From Octopus sinensis (Eukaryota), in NCBI RefSeq assembly GCF_006345805.1, contig NC_043008.1:57040001-57104000 (forward strand): DNA of 64,000 nucleotides. Reading direction: 5' to 3'. The notes beneath the pieces are model-generated. The model was given only the letters and a program-made list of their open reading frames with translations. It searched no databases and was not told the DNA's origin. Of this stretch, positions 40,944-52,221 are shown piece by piece. The translations under genes were made by a program, and so were the position numbers. Position 1 is the stretch's first letter. Each line of letters begins with the position of its first letter.

Positions 40944-40988
40944 CATGTGCCGATGAAGAGAAATAATCCAGAAACCACTGTTTGCAGG
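40944..40988 (+). ncRNA. decayed hammerhead-like motif, unit 2 of tandem dimer
   Basis: CAUGUG-CCGAUGA-AGAGAAAUAAUCCA-GAAAC-CACU-GUU-UGCAGG, at the same position in the repeat unit as the unit 1 motif. Confidence 0.45.
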
Positions 40989-41150
40989 TATCGTTTAAGG
41001 CTAAGCGGGGATATTAGCTTCATTGTTCGACGTATAAGGATGATGTACGTCGCTAGCCAACTGGAAAAGATCTTTTCTTGAGGCTAAAAAATGGTAATAA
41101 CATCGTCGTAACCAGGTCTGCTAATTTACGTTGGCAAATAGAATTTTACC

Positions 41151-41229
<79 letters not shown>

Positions 41230-41239
41230 TGAGATATAT

Positions 41240-41462
41240 ATATATATATATATATAAATGTGACCTCGTGTGTACCGTTGGCGATTTTTTTTCCTCTGTC
41301 TTCCCTTCTCTGGATCATTCCTCCTCCTATGTTTCCGACGAAGAGCTCCGCTCGAAACGTTAAACTCTCCTTCTTTCCTTCTTTCCTGAGAGTACTATAA
41401 TACTATATTTGTTCCACGTCCTCGCGTTGTTGTGTTTTTTTGTGCTTTCTTGTTTGAATTAA
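41240..41462 (+). mobile_element. (TA)n-flanked short repeat with a hammerhead-like motif at 41331-41365
   Basis: GUUU-CCGACGA-A-GAGC(ucc)GCUC-GAA-ACGU-U|-AAAC. Confidence 0.55.
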
Positions 41463-41463
41463 C

Positions 41464-41495
<32 letters not shown>

Positions 41496-42797
41496 CATAC
41501 ATACATATATATTTATATTCATATTTTGTGCGTGCGTGTGTGTGTATGTTGTATGTTTGAGTCTATGTATATAATCTATAACCTAGTATGATCATTTGAC
41601 TGATTGTGTTAAGACCCTGGTATAAACACGGCTTCTACAGAAAACTGACGTTACTCGATAATCAATCAATAAAATTTTTGAATCAATGCAATAAATGTAT
41701 TTTGTCTCGTATCGACATTCGCCAGAAAATTCCGATAAGATTACAGGTGCTATACATCTCCATTTCGAAAGAAACAACCATTACTTATAATGCGATAATT
41801 AAATCTGTAAATAAAAGGAATGGAAGTGATTCTCGAGTACTTCAATTGTTCTAAAAGCATATCGAATATATCTTACGTAAGATTACGAATGTTTCCAAAT
41901 TACCCAGGTACATATAATGAAAACGAATGGCGTATTTTATGGATAAGTTGCCTTAGCAACATAGATAAGGATTTGGTTTTATTTCGTTATTAGCATACCC
42001 AAATCCCTTTAGTATATAATAAATTATAATCTCCGTCAATCTATATGTGATTATATAGTGATATGTTCAGTGTGTGTAAGACTGCATAGTTTCCCCTGTT
42101 GTGTGTAAATAAGAATGCCCATGTGAATATATACAAATAACCTAAAATCGTCAGCTTTCCTTTTCCTTTCCTTTCCCTTTCTTTCCAGTTCCCTGGTTTC
42201 CCCTTCTGAGCTTTTATTCCTCACTGTTATCTATTCTAAGCAATATAGATCCCTTCTTTTCCTACGCTAGCTTTCCATCATTGGTGCCATTTATAGATTC
42301 ACAATAGGCACTCCAAAAATTTGAGTATGTCCATAACAAAATGAAACCCCCATCCCTATCTATATCACAGTAAGGTAATCGGTGCGTAAAGCGTGATATG
42401 GTTCTTCACTAATTCCAATCTCCACTACTTGCTTTTGGATATCTTACCTGTTAGATAGATTTTTGCATTTTCCTCTGCAGCGACTTTTTCCCGCTAGATT
42501 GTAGAAAGCACACATGGCCATTTTCCCAGCATTTGTAATATTGGTCTCAAATTTCTAGTGAAGCCGTAAGGAAATTTATATCAGCATCAGTGTTTCACTT
42601 GTACTCCTTTTCTCGCCAACGTCCCCGAAAGGATTTTGAACTCAGAACGTGAAGTCGGGCGAAATTCCCTGAAGCATTTTAGCTAGTGTGCTAACGATTC
42701 TACCAGTTCGCCTGGTTTAAGCAACATTTGTAATATTAACTCAGATACATCCGATGTAAATCAATTGTAATACTCGACCACCACTTCTATCCCTTTT

Positions 42798-42889
42798 ATG
42801 TATGTATGTATGTATGTATGTATGTATGTATGTATGTATGTATGTATAGATAGGTATGTAGGTAGATAGATAGATAGATAGATAAATAA

Positions 42890-42934
<45 letters not shown>

Positions 42935-43025
42935 AGATGATAGATAGATAGATAGATAAATGAGAGATAGATAGATAGATAATAGATAGATGATAGAATA
43001 TAGATAGATAGATAGATAGATAGAG

Positions 43026-43114
<89 letters not shown>
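42798..43114. repeat. (TATG)n followed by a long (GATA)n microsatellite
   Basis: Read directly. Other (GATA)n arrays lie at about 15776-15870, 31946-32005 and 54290-54350. Confidence 0.95.
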
Positions 43115-43665
43115 TAGTGGTTTGGGTACTGGGTTCCACAATGTAAAACGTGCGTTGAGTTCTCGGACCAGACAATTCACTGTTTACTTGTGCAAGGCAA
43201 TTAATTTCCCATTATTTAAATCCACTGGACTGTAAATGAGTACCAGCGATAGATAGGGAGAAGGAGGTGTTAACCCCGCGTCAAAGTAGTGTTCCCGTAC
43301 ACTATAAGAGGCAATGGTATCAAGAAGATCCAAAGGTATCAGGTAATGCTGAGTAAGTGCTATGAACAGACTATAGTTAAGCTCCAGGTTCGGTGATTAT
43401 GCAATGAGGAATCTAACGTAGGTCGTGTATTAGCATGCATCTATATAAAAATTAACAGAATGAGACAAAAAATACAAGGCTGTGATTAGTTTTCAAAACA
43501 TTTATAAAGAGATGAAGGGATATAAAAAATATCCCGGAAAAAGCTGTAAGACCTTCTCTTTATAAATGTTCTGAAAACTATTTCATAGCCATGGATTTTT
43601 AAAATCTTATTCTGTTAATTTATATATATATATATATATATAATATATATATATATATATAATAT

Positions 43666-43707
<42 letters not shown>

Positions 43708-43887
43708 TTAGGGAATAAATCCAAATTCACAGGGAAAAATCGGATTTAGGATTAAATCCAATTTTATAGTAAAATATTATATTATATTATATTAGAGACA
43801 AAACCACTATTATGCAAATCAAACAAAGAAAGACTTAAGCCAATACATAAAATAATTTATATAAATTAAAATTTAACGATTATAAAT

Positions 43888-43941
43888 AACCACTACGATC
43901 GTTTCGTGTCAGCACATCTTTGAGACATTCTTCAGGTGGTT
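43888..43941 (-). ncRNA. type I hammerhead ribozyme motif, mirror copy
   Basis: Reverse complement of 44001-44054 except that the stem II closing pair is A-C (GACAC). Confidence 0.75.
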
Positions 43942-44000
43942 TTAAACTCGCCAAGAAGGTTTTTCTTCAGGTAGTTTCAAAACCTTCTTGGCGAGTTTAA

Positions 44001-44054
44001 AACCACCTGAAGAATGTCTCAAAGATGTGCTGACATGAAACGATCGTAGTGGTT
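44001..44054 (+). ncRNA. type I hammerhead ribozyme motif (minimal, palindromic stem III)
   Basis: AACCAC-CUGAAGA-AUGUC(loop)GACAU-GAAA-C-GAUC-GUA|-GUGGUU. Stem I is 6 bp, the core is complete, stem II is 5 bp and stem III is the self-complementary ACGAUCGU. Predicted cleavage is after 44048. Confidence 0.85.
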
Positions 44055-44469
44055 ATTTATAATTGCTAAATTTGAATTTATATAAATTATTTTATGTATT
44101 GGCTTAAGTCTTTCTTTGTTTGATTTGCATAATAGTGGTTTTGTCTCTAATATAATATAATATATATATATATATATGTGTGTGTGTATGTGTGTGTATG
44201 TGTATGCGCGTGTGTGTGTGAGTAAGTAAGTAAACAATGTATGTGTATGGTTCTGCCCGTATATATACATGTGTATGCCTACATATAGAAATATGGAGAG
44301 AAAAAGAAGAAATGGTCAGCATCAGAAATTACTACGAAATAACCGACATTCAAGCTAAATCAATGCATTTGGATACACAAATGGGATACTCCCATATATT
44401 CTCTCTCTCACCCACACATCTATGTATACACATCCATATATATACTCTATATATATGTATGTATGTATG

Positions 44470-44528
<59 letters not shown>

Positions 44529-44566
44529 TATATATATATATATATATATATTTGCTTAAATATGTG

Positions 44567-44618
<52 letters not shown>

Positions 44619-45185
44619 ATATATGCACATACAAACGTACATGCATTCACTCATATATACATACATAGATACACAAGTAAGAACATGTTGAATGCATTCG
44701 GTTACTCGTCACTGATTCCATTGAAATCCATTGAATCAATTCCCCTTCAATATTTCTTTTTATATTGCTTTTTACATATTCATATTTATTTCGTTGACTT
44801 CATTATTACATTCCTGAAAAAAACTGATTAACATTTTACTTCTACTTATACACGAATTTTCCTCTGTCAAAAACACTGGCGCCATCTATATTAGAATCTA
44901 TATGAATATATGTTTTATTTCTCTCAATACTTAATTCATCATTTAGTAATGCTTCATTTTCGTCTTCGTTAGTTTTTTGTTGTATGTTTTTATTATTATG
45001 TAATATTTGCTGTTCTAACCGATTACTTAACTCGATGTCCTGTCTCAGATTTTCACTGATTACTCTATTCTTTCCTTTCTTTCATCTTTCATTTTTTTTC
45101 CTTCAAAACCAGAGTCGCGCACGAATTGATTCTCTGCAAATTTAACATTCATGGAACTTCTTGTAAGTCATAAAACTTTAGTAAA

Positions 45186-45578
45186 TCTCTATATATACAA
45201 AGCTGAAGTTGTCTGTGTATGGCATGTTTAGTAGCCTTCAACTAACACTATCTCCTGTGAGACCCTGCGGCGCAACTTGACCAAAATTGAGAGTATGATA
45301 AAAGAAGGTTTGCTCTTCCTTCCGTAGAAGACAAAATCAAATCGGACCACGTTAACACCAAAAATTATTTACATCAAAAAGGTGCTTTTTTTTCTATGAA
45401 AATCCCTATTTTTTACGATTTTATTGACTGCTGTTTCGCTCTTTTTCGGTGTATTTCAGCCAGAAAAATGTTCACTTGAAGAGAATAACAAGCTACATAA
45501 TGCAAAATTTTTACGTTTCAAAAATTCCAATTCTAAAGCGTCGAAACAAACCCGAGCAACGCCGGGTGATACTGCTAG
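45186..45578 (+). mobile_element. non-autonomous Helitron-like element
   Basis: A|TC start, ending cccgagcaacgccgggtgatactgCTAG|T. The termini match those of 24497-25400 but the interior differs. Confidence 0.8.
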
Positions 45579-47074
45579 TAAATAATACAGATGAGGTCGA
45601 TGTTAATACCTAGGGACGCCATCCGCACAGACGACAGCAGTTGAGTGACTACTAATATATTTTGCATATATAAAAATTAGATGAATATATTTATTGTTAG
45701 TGTTGCGCAAAAAGCATAATCTAACTCAATCAAAGTATAATTGTATTTTGTGTTCATTAAATGTTAAAGTTTTTCCTTATTTCTCCTTGATCACATGCGA
45801 TTCATTAACGTTATATATTTGTCAGTGTTGATGAAGTTTCAGGGAGGGGTATTGACTTTGATGCGGGAACACGTCAATTTGTAGATTTGATTTGTCTGCT
45901 TTGATCTCCAAGTGGCTCCAAGTAGCTGTTCGCATGCAGCGGTAGTCACATCCCGGTTAAAGGCTTCGACACGAGGGCTAAACCAGGTGAGGACCCACGG
46001 GTATGTAACACTTGGTGAGTTAGTGATGGCATATCTACGCACGTGAAGACTGCGGAAGAAACCTTTTTGGTTCAAGGGACGAGAAGGTAGGTGCAGCAAC
46101 ACAACATATAAGATCTCTGGATACAGCGAGCTGGTGGAATCGTTACCGAACCAGACAAAAGGCTTACGGGATTTGGTCTGCTTTTACATTATGAGTTCAA
46201 TTGCCACTGAGGTTAACTTTGCTTTCATCATTTCTGGGTCGATGACATATCACTTGATGACTGTGGTCGATCTAACCGATTTTCGTCTACCCTAAAATTT
46301 TGGGCCTTACACCAAATTTGATCTTGTTTCCCTGAACTGTGGAGTATATCGCTCGACCATGAAGACCACCGCAAGAAGCTGCATTATGGATCCATTTCAA
46401 ACTGGGTTTTCCTCCTGCTATATTTAGCGGCTTGCAATATTCCTTGTTAGCTCTAATTTCGGTTCTCTTTGCTAATAATCACACTGACCTCTTATCTTCT
46501 GTCTCGTTGCTGTTCTTTTGCGACCTTTGAGACAAAGTTCAAATTAAAGGAGGAATTGATGACTATTTCTAGTAGGTCAGTAAACCACTTACAGGCTCCA
46601 TAATGGATTCGAGGTATGCTCGATATTCTATAGGATTGCCTAATGTACAGGTAAAACTCATAGATATCAATTAACCGTCTGTTGTTCGAACGTTGTTAGA
46701 ATTCCTTTTAGCAAGCGGAAGCTATGTTATTTTCATTCTTTTCTTGGTTCACAAATGTTTGAAAAAAGGCAGTTTCCGTTGCCAGTATGGCATGTGATTT
46801 CTTATGTAATTCCATTAAAGTTACATAATGGTATTCCTAGCAATATTCAAGATTGTTTGGTATTGTTAGAATGATTGTTTTTACAATGGTTTTATGTAAT
46901 CTATAGAGCAAGATTTTACTTCGATTTTATTGTTGCACGTTGCTTGTACATTGTCCATTATGTCTGCTTTCACTAATATAAGCATTGTAATTTAGCGGAA
47001 CATTGAAAAAGTTTGTAAGTTAATTGTTGCTGGTGAATACATTATTATTATTACTATTATTATTATTATTATTA

Positions 47075-47200
47075 TTACTTTTTTTTTCTTCTTTCAAATT
47101 TGCTTCCATTTCTTGCCGAGTGTCTTCCCGACTCCTAGGGCAAAGAAACTCATAGTATACATTGGTAGGCCATTAAACCAAACTCAGTAGTTCGTTCATT
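47075..47200 (-). repeat. 3' UTR-like repeat fragment ending in (AAT)n; second copy at about 48040-48135
   Basis: Both copies share tccatttcttgc(c/t)gagtgtcttcccgac...gtatacattggtaggc and both abut (ATT)n. Confidence 0.55.
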
Positions 47201-47266
47201 TTTTTTTTTTTTTTAAAGTTAAATTAAAATACATAAGCAGCAACAGTTCTCACATCGACAATGCTC

Positions 47267-47339
<73 letters not shown>

Positions 47340-47361
<22 letters not shown>

Positions 47362-47645
47362 CATCAGTGTTATTTACTTTTAACTTGCATGCTTTATTCA
47401 ATCATTTTCCGTGACACACCCAAAGCCCTCGGGAAAGTGAAGGTTACGAGATATTGAAATATAACTGAAAGCTTGGAGAGAGGTAATGGCAAAGGTAGTG
47501 GAAAAGCACCTCGCTAAAATGCAACACAAATATTTTAAATAGTAGGGTTTTTTCCTGAGGATGTGGACAGCACTTGTCAACACAATCTTTTGGATTTCCT
47601 TCAGATATGGTTCTGCTGGGATGTTGTCTAAATATTTCTGATATC
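47340..47645 (-). mobile_element. 3' end of an R4/Dong-like (RLE) non-LTR retrotransposon embedded in (TAA)n
   Basis: Reads QKYLDNIPAEPYLKEIQKIVLTSAVHILRK, similar to the QKxxLLxTAHILR C-terminus of R4-clade elements. (AAT)n arrays flank both sides, which fits known TAA-repeat targeting by Dong-type elements. Confidence 0.65.
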
Positions 47646-47708
47646 ACTTTATAATTATCATTATTATTGTTATTATTATTATTATTATTATTATCATTAT
47701 TATTATTA

Positions 47709-47746
<38 letters not shown>

Positions 47747-47781
47747 GTCAAAATTAAAAGAAGAGTGATATTGTCATGTAG

Positions 47782-47822
47782 TGAACGATATTTCGACATC
47801 TTGTGTGTCTTCAACAGGTTCA
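47782..47822 (-). ncRNA. variant hammerhead-like motif
   Basis: UGAAC-CUGUUGA-A-GACA(cacaaga)UGUC-GAA-AUAU-C|-GUUCA. Confidence 0.55.
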
Positions 47823-47940
47823 AAACATAATTTTGCCAATCTACTTCATATTGGTTAATATATAAAGATATAAAGGATTGAGGTAACTCCTCCTGAAGAT
47901 ATAGAGTCAAAATTAAAAGAAGAATGTCATTGTTATCTAG

Positions 47941-47981
47941 TGAACGATATTTCGATATCTAGTGTATCTTCAAGAGGCTCA
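47941..47981 (-). ncRNA. variant hammerhead-like motif, tandem copy
   Basis: UGAGC-CUCUUGA-A-GAUA(cacuaga)UAUC-GAA-AUAU-C|-GUUCA. Confidence 0.45.
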
Positions 47982-47983
47982 AA

Positions 47984-48040
<57 letters not shown>

Positions 48041-48627
48041 TTCTTCCGTAAGTTTTGTTTCCATTTCTTGCTGAGTGTCTTCCCGACATCTTGCGCAAAA
48101 ATCTCACTGTATACATTGGTAGGCTATTGAAATAAACACGCCAGATTGTTCATTTACAAAGTCAAGTTATGTGATAGTTATGTGATAGAAAGAGAAAGGA
48201 TATATATATATATAATACATGCATGCTTGCATAAGTGCATACCTATATGTGTGTATGTATGTATGTATGTATGTATGTATGTATGTATGTATGTATGTAT
48301 GTATATGAACGCATTCGCAGGGTGTAACTGAAATCTAAACCTAATGTACAGTGTTAAGAATTCCGCGTACAAAACAGTTTATGTAGTGTAATCTTATTCT
48401 TTCTTATTAAGTCCATGTTTGAGTGCTAAACAGAATATATTTAGAAAAGAAAACATACCGCAGACTGCTTGTAAAATATTTAAATATCAATTCCCGTATA
48501 AACAATCTCAATCCATTCTTTTCTTTTCAGGATATAAGTGCGTTAGTGGAAGGTGAGTTATTTGTATGTATACTTCTATGCATAGAGATAAAGCGATAGA
48601 TATATACAGAAATAGAAAGAGGTCTGT

Positions 48628-48669
<42 letters not shown>

Positions 48670-48835
48670 TGAATTTTTATGTGAGTATGTATATGTTTGA
48701 ATGTTAAAGTCTGCGTGCTTTTGTAGCTGGATCTATTTGTTGTGAAATTATAACAACGTATACATCTATATAAGACATGTTTACACAAATGATCAGTGTA
48801 GTAAACTTCTACGCACACAAATGTGGTCGTATGTC

Positions 48836-48869
<34 letters not shown>

Positions 48870-50309
48870 ATGCACGCACACATACTCATATATATATATA
48901 TGCCTGCTTCTGTGTGTGCCTATTCGCGTATGCAGTATGCATGTTGCTGTGAGGACTGAGTCGATAGTGTACTTGGTAAAGCAATGATATTTCTAGATAA
49001 TGCCATGTCTTCTGAATACTTAGATCAAGTACTTGAATCTTAACAGCTCATTCCCTCTAATATATTATAATTAGCTTCATTAGTTAGCGCAGGCATTGCA
49101 GAAATCATTGCTGCTCAGTTGAAGTAGGAAGAATAAATCCTATTCTCAACCTTTATTTAATTGTATTGCACTAGCCTTGACCATACTTCACTAATGCGAC
49201 ATATGCATCTGATGAATTAGACGTACTCACTGAAAATTCATACAGTTTAAAATAAAGATAGAGTTTATGTGCAGATGCGATCTCTATGTATTTTTCTCAT
49301 GTCATTTTCCGTAAAATGCGCTTATGTTTTCATTCACAACAAATCAATACTCTCTCACATCTATCGTAAGTACTAGAGTAAGATTTAAACAGTTACGCTG
49401 ATGAGGTCTATCAAGACCAAAGCATGTCTAAATTTTCTGCCATACTCCCATGTGACTCATTAACGAGATGATTGTATTTTAAATTGATTTTCATAAATTT
49501 TAAAATACTGCCTGACTGTGCTGCCATTTTTAACCAAACTTAATCGTTAAGATTATGATTTTTTCATAAAATTCTTTATGGCATTTTAATAAATCCGAAT
49601 ATATTGCTGATACCACCCACCGTTGCAGCAGAAAAGTCGAGCTGTTTGGAAACATCGCGGATTTTCAATACCTGGATTTTTGATAAACTCCAGAGAATAA
49701 ATTTAAATGAATAATACCTCCGACATAAGTAAACAACTTGGTAGACATTATAAACGGAAGTAGTAAAACATTAAGATAAATAGATAAAAGAGTCAGCAAA
49801 GGTTAAAATGAAAAATATTTTGATAAAATCAGAGTAAAAGTTAACTGTGTTGATAACAGACTGAGCAAAGTTCAGAGTATAAAAGATGAAAGGATGATTA
49901 ATGTAAATAAAATACGTGAGGGATAGACAAGGGTGTAGACAGGGTTAAGAAAGATTAACAAGTAAAAGAGAAAGTATAAAGTTGTTAGAAATACAGACGA
50001 ATACGAATGTAAAACCATTCATTCTATACTAATGTGTCTTATATGTCTATTTAATCCTCTGTGTAGGCTTATATTTCGTTTGTTCAACTCTCTTGGGTTA
50101 CTCTGTGAAGCATAGACAGACATTGCGCAAATGCACATACCGACATGCCAAATTCACTAGCCCCTATCCAAACACAGTCACACTTACACATTCTCATATA
50201 CACACACACACACGCTGGCCCACTTTTGTTTTGAGATCGCCAGTACTTTATTATCTCCCTTTCTTTCTACCTCTCCTGTCAAACATTTTCTTCCCCAAAC
50301 AGTCTACCA

Positions 50310-50470
50310 GCTTTTTATTCTCTCTGTTTATTTTTTCTTATTCCTTTCTGTTAAAGAGCGTAGGCTCGAAACGTAAAAGACTTTCTCACTTTCCCGAGCG
50401 TCAAACGAATACACCTGCTTGTTGTTCACACACCTATCTGCGTCTTTTGTTTATCTATAAATTTCAAGTT
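50310..50470 (+). mobile_element. family D copy, motif at 50344-50379
   Basis: CUUU-CUGUUAA-A-GAGC(guag)GCUC-GAA-ACGU-A-AAAG. Confidence 0.6.
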
Positions 50471-50540
<70 letters not shown>

Positions 50541-50890
50541 GAGGGGTCGTGAAGTATTAAATTTGTAGTAAGGTATATGATAAACTTTGATAGCTGCTTA
50601 TTTTGCGTCAATATTATATTTTGACAACCTTTATTATTTGTTGGAAAGCTGACACATTTATTTCTTTATTCTAACTCATTTTGCGCTTTATAAAGTATTT
50701 ATAAATCGTTTTTTGCTATTTTGTTTAGAGAAGGGTAACTCGGAAATTCGTACAGTTTTAAAATATGAGTTCTTTCATGGAAATACTGTATCACAGACAG
50801 CTCGGAATATTAATGGAGCATTTCATTCTAATGTTATTACACAGCAGATGGTATCAAATTAGTTTGCAAAATTTCGTTCTGGTAACTTGA
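50541..50890 (+). mobile_element. mariner 5' fragment (TIR-like start and N-terminal HTH)
   Basis: Starts tatgagggg... next to (TA)n and reads IRTVLKYEFFHGNTVSQTARNINGAF...FAKFRSGNL. Confidence 0.7.
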
Positions 50891-51089
50891 ACAAAATACA
50901 TCATTTAACGTCGCTTTGCGAGCATTTTGACAACTGATATGTGACACCCATTTGCACCTGTACAGGTAATGTCGAGGGATTGAGCTTATATCTACACAAA
51001 CATTTTACCATTATAAACAAAGCATCTGTGTGGTTGCTCGGTAAGAAAATGTCGAACCCTCATACGTCATTTAACGACAGGAGATTCCA

Positions 51090-51260
51090 TTATATTCCTT
51101 ATTTTCTCTCCTTGTTTCTTTCTGTGTTCCTTTCTGTAGAAGAGCGTAGGCTCGAAGCGTTAAAGACTTTTCAGTTACCGAGCGTTTAACTAATACATCT
51201 GTTTGTTGTCTACACGACGTATCTTCATTTTGTGTTGTGTTTTTTGTGAATTCTACCCGA
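51090..51260 (+). mobile_element. family D copy, motif at 51130-51165
   Basis: CUUU-CUGUAGA-A-GAGC(guag)GCUC-GAA-GCGU-U-AAAG. The element ends gtgaattctaccc then (TA)n. Confidence 0.65.
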
Positions 51261-51470
51261 TATATATATATGTGTGTGTGTGTGTGTATGTGTGTGTGTG
51301 TATACGACGGGCTCCCTCCACTTTCCGTCTACCAAATCCACTCACAAGGCTTTAGTCGGCCGAGACTATAATATAAGACACTTGCCTAAGGTGCGACGCA
51401 GGGGGACTGAACCTGGAACCTTGTGGTTAGAAAAGCAGCTTCTTACTACACAGCACCACACCTGCGCTAT

Positions 51471-51514
<44 letters not shown>

Positions 51515-52221
51515 ATATATATACATATATATGAGTGTGTGTGTATGTAGGTGTATATGTATTATGTAAGTACATAGCATCATGTTTGTATTTGAGTTTT
51601 TGTAAATGTATGTGCTCTTACATGAATACATTTTTATGCGACTGTGAGTATGAACGAACTGGATCAGCTCTGCAATCGAATGCATTTTTGCTTGTGGCGT
51701 AGATAACTCATTTATTAAACTTACACGAAAAGTGTCTTACTACACACATTCATATAACGTTCCAAATATTTTCATGAGTCAGAACTTCTAGACTTAAATT
51801 GCCTATTGATTTTTTTCAAGTTATTTTTCTGGTAAAGAACCCATATTTCGAGTTGTAAAATAAACATCGCATAATAGATTTTACTAGTTTGAACAACATC
51901 AGCAGAGTTTGCAGAACGCCTCCAGTCAAAATATAATCCTGATAGTATTGTGGATTAAGCAGAATTCTCCTGCATGTCGATCGGAAAGTTTAACTAAGCA
52001 CAGAAAAATATAAACTAGTATTTATCAGTAGTAGAATGGTGAAGCTGTTTGTATTACTTGTAATTGATTATAATTTAGAATGACAGGCAGCAGATACACA
52101 GAGGAGTTAGAGCTGTCGAGGAGAATACGTTCTTCTCTACTCTGAATTCAATTCCCACCGAAGAAAATTTTGTCTTACTTCATTTCAGGATTGATAGAGT
52201 CAAAATTGCCAGTTGTTGGCG

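Larger units (their letters stand above)
40497..41150 (+). repeat. head-to-tail dimer of a ~349-bp unit
   Basis: ttcctcttta(c/t)ga(g/a)atcag occurs at 40505 and 40854, gagccaacggttat at 40583 and 40930, and ggctaaaaa(a)tggta occurs twice. Confidence 0.85.
43778..44164. repeat. long palindrome with 186-bp arms and a 15-nt loop
   Basis: 43778-43963 pairs with 43979-44164, with 4 mismatches counted by eye. Confidence 0.95.

Noticed and set aside
46320-47040. Stop-poor minus-strand frame, possibly a GPCR or TE remnant
   Set aside because: I found no recognisable motif.
48980-49130. IFLDNA...IPSN...GI resembling a pogo DDE domain
   Set aside because: There are only scattered short matches with stops, which is not supportable without an HMM search.
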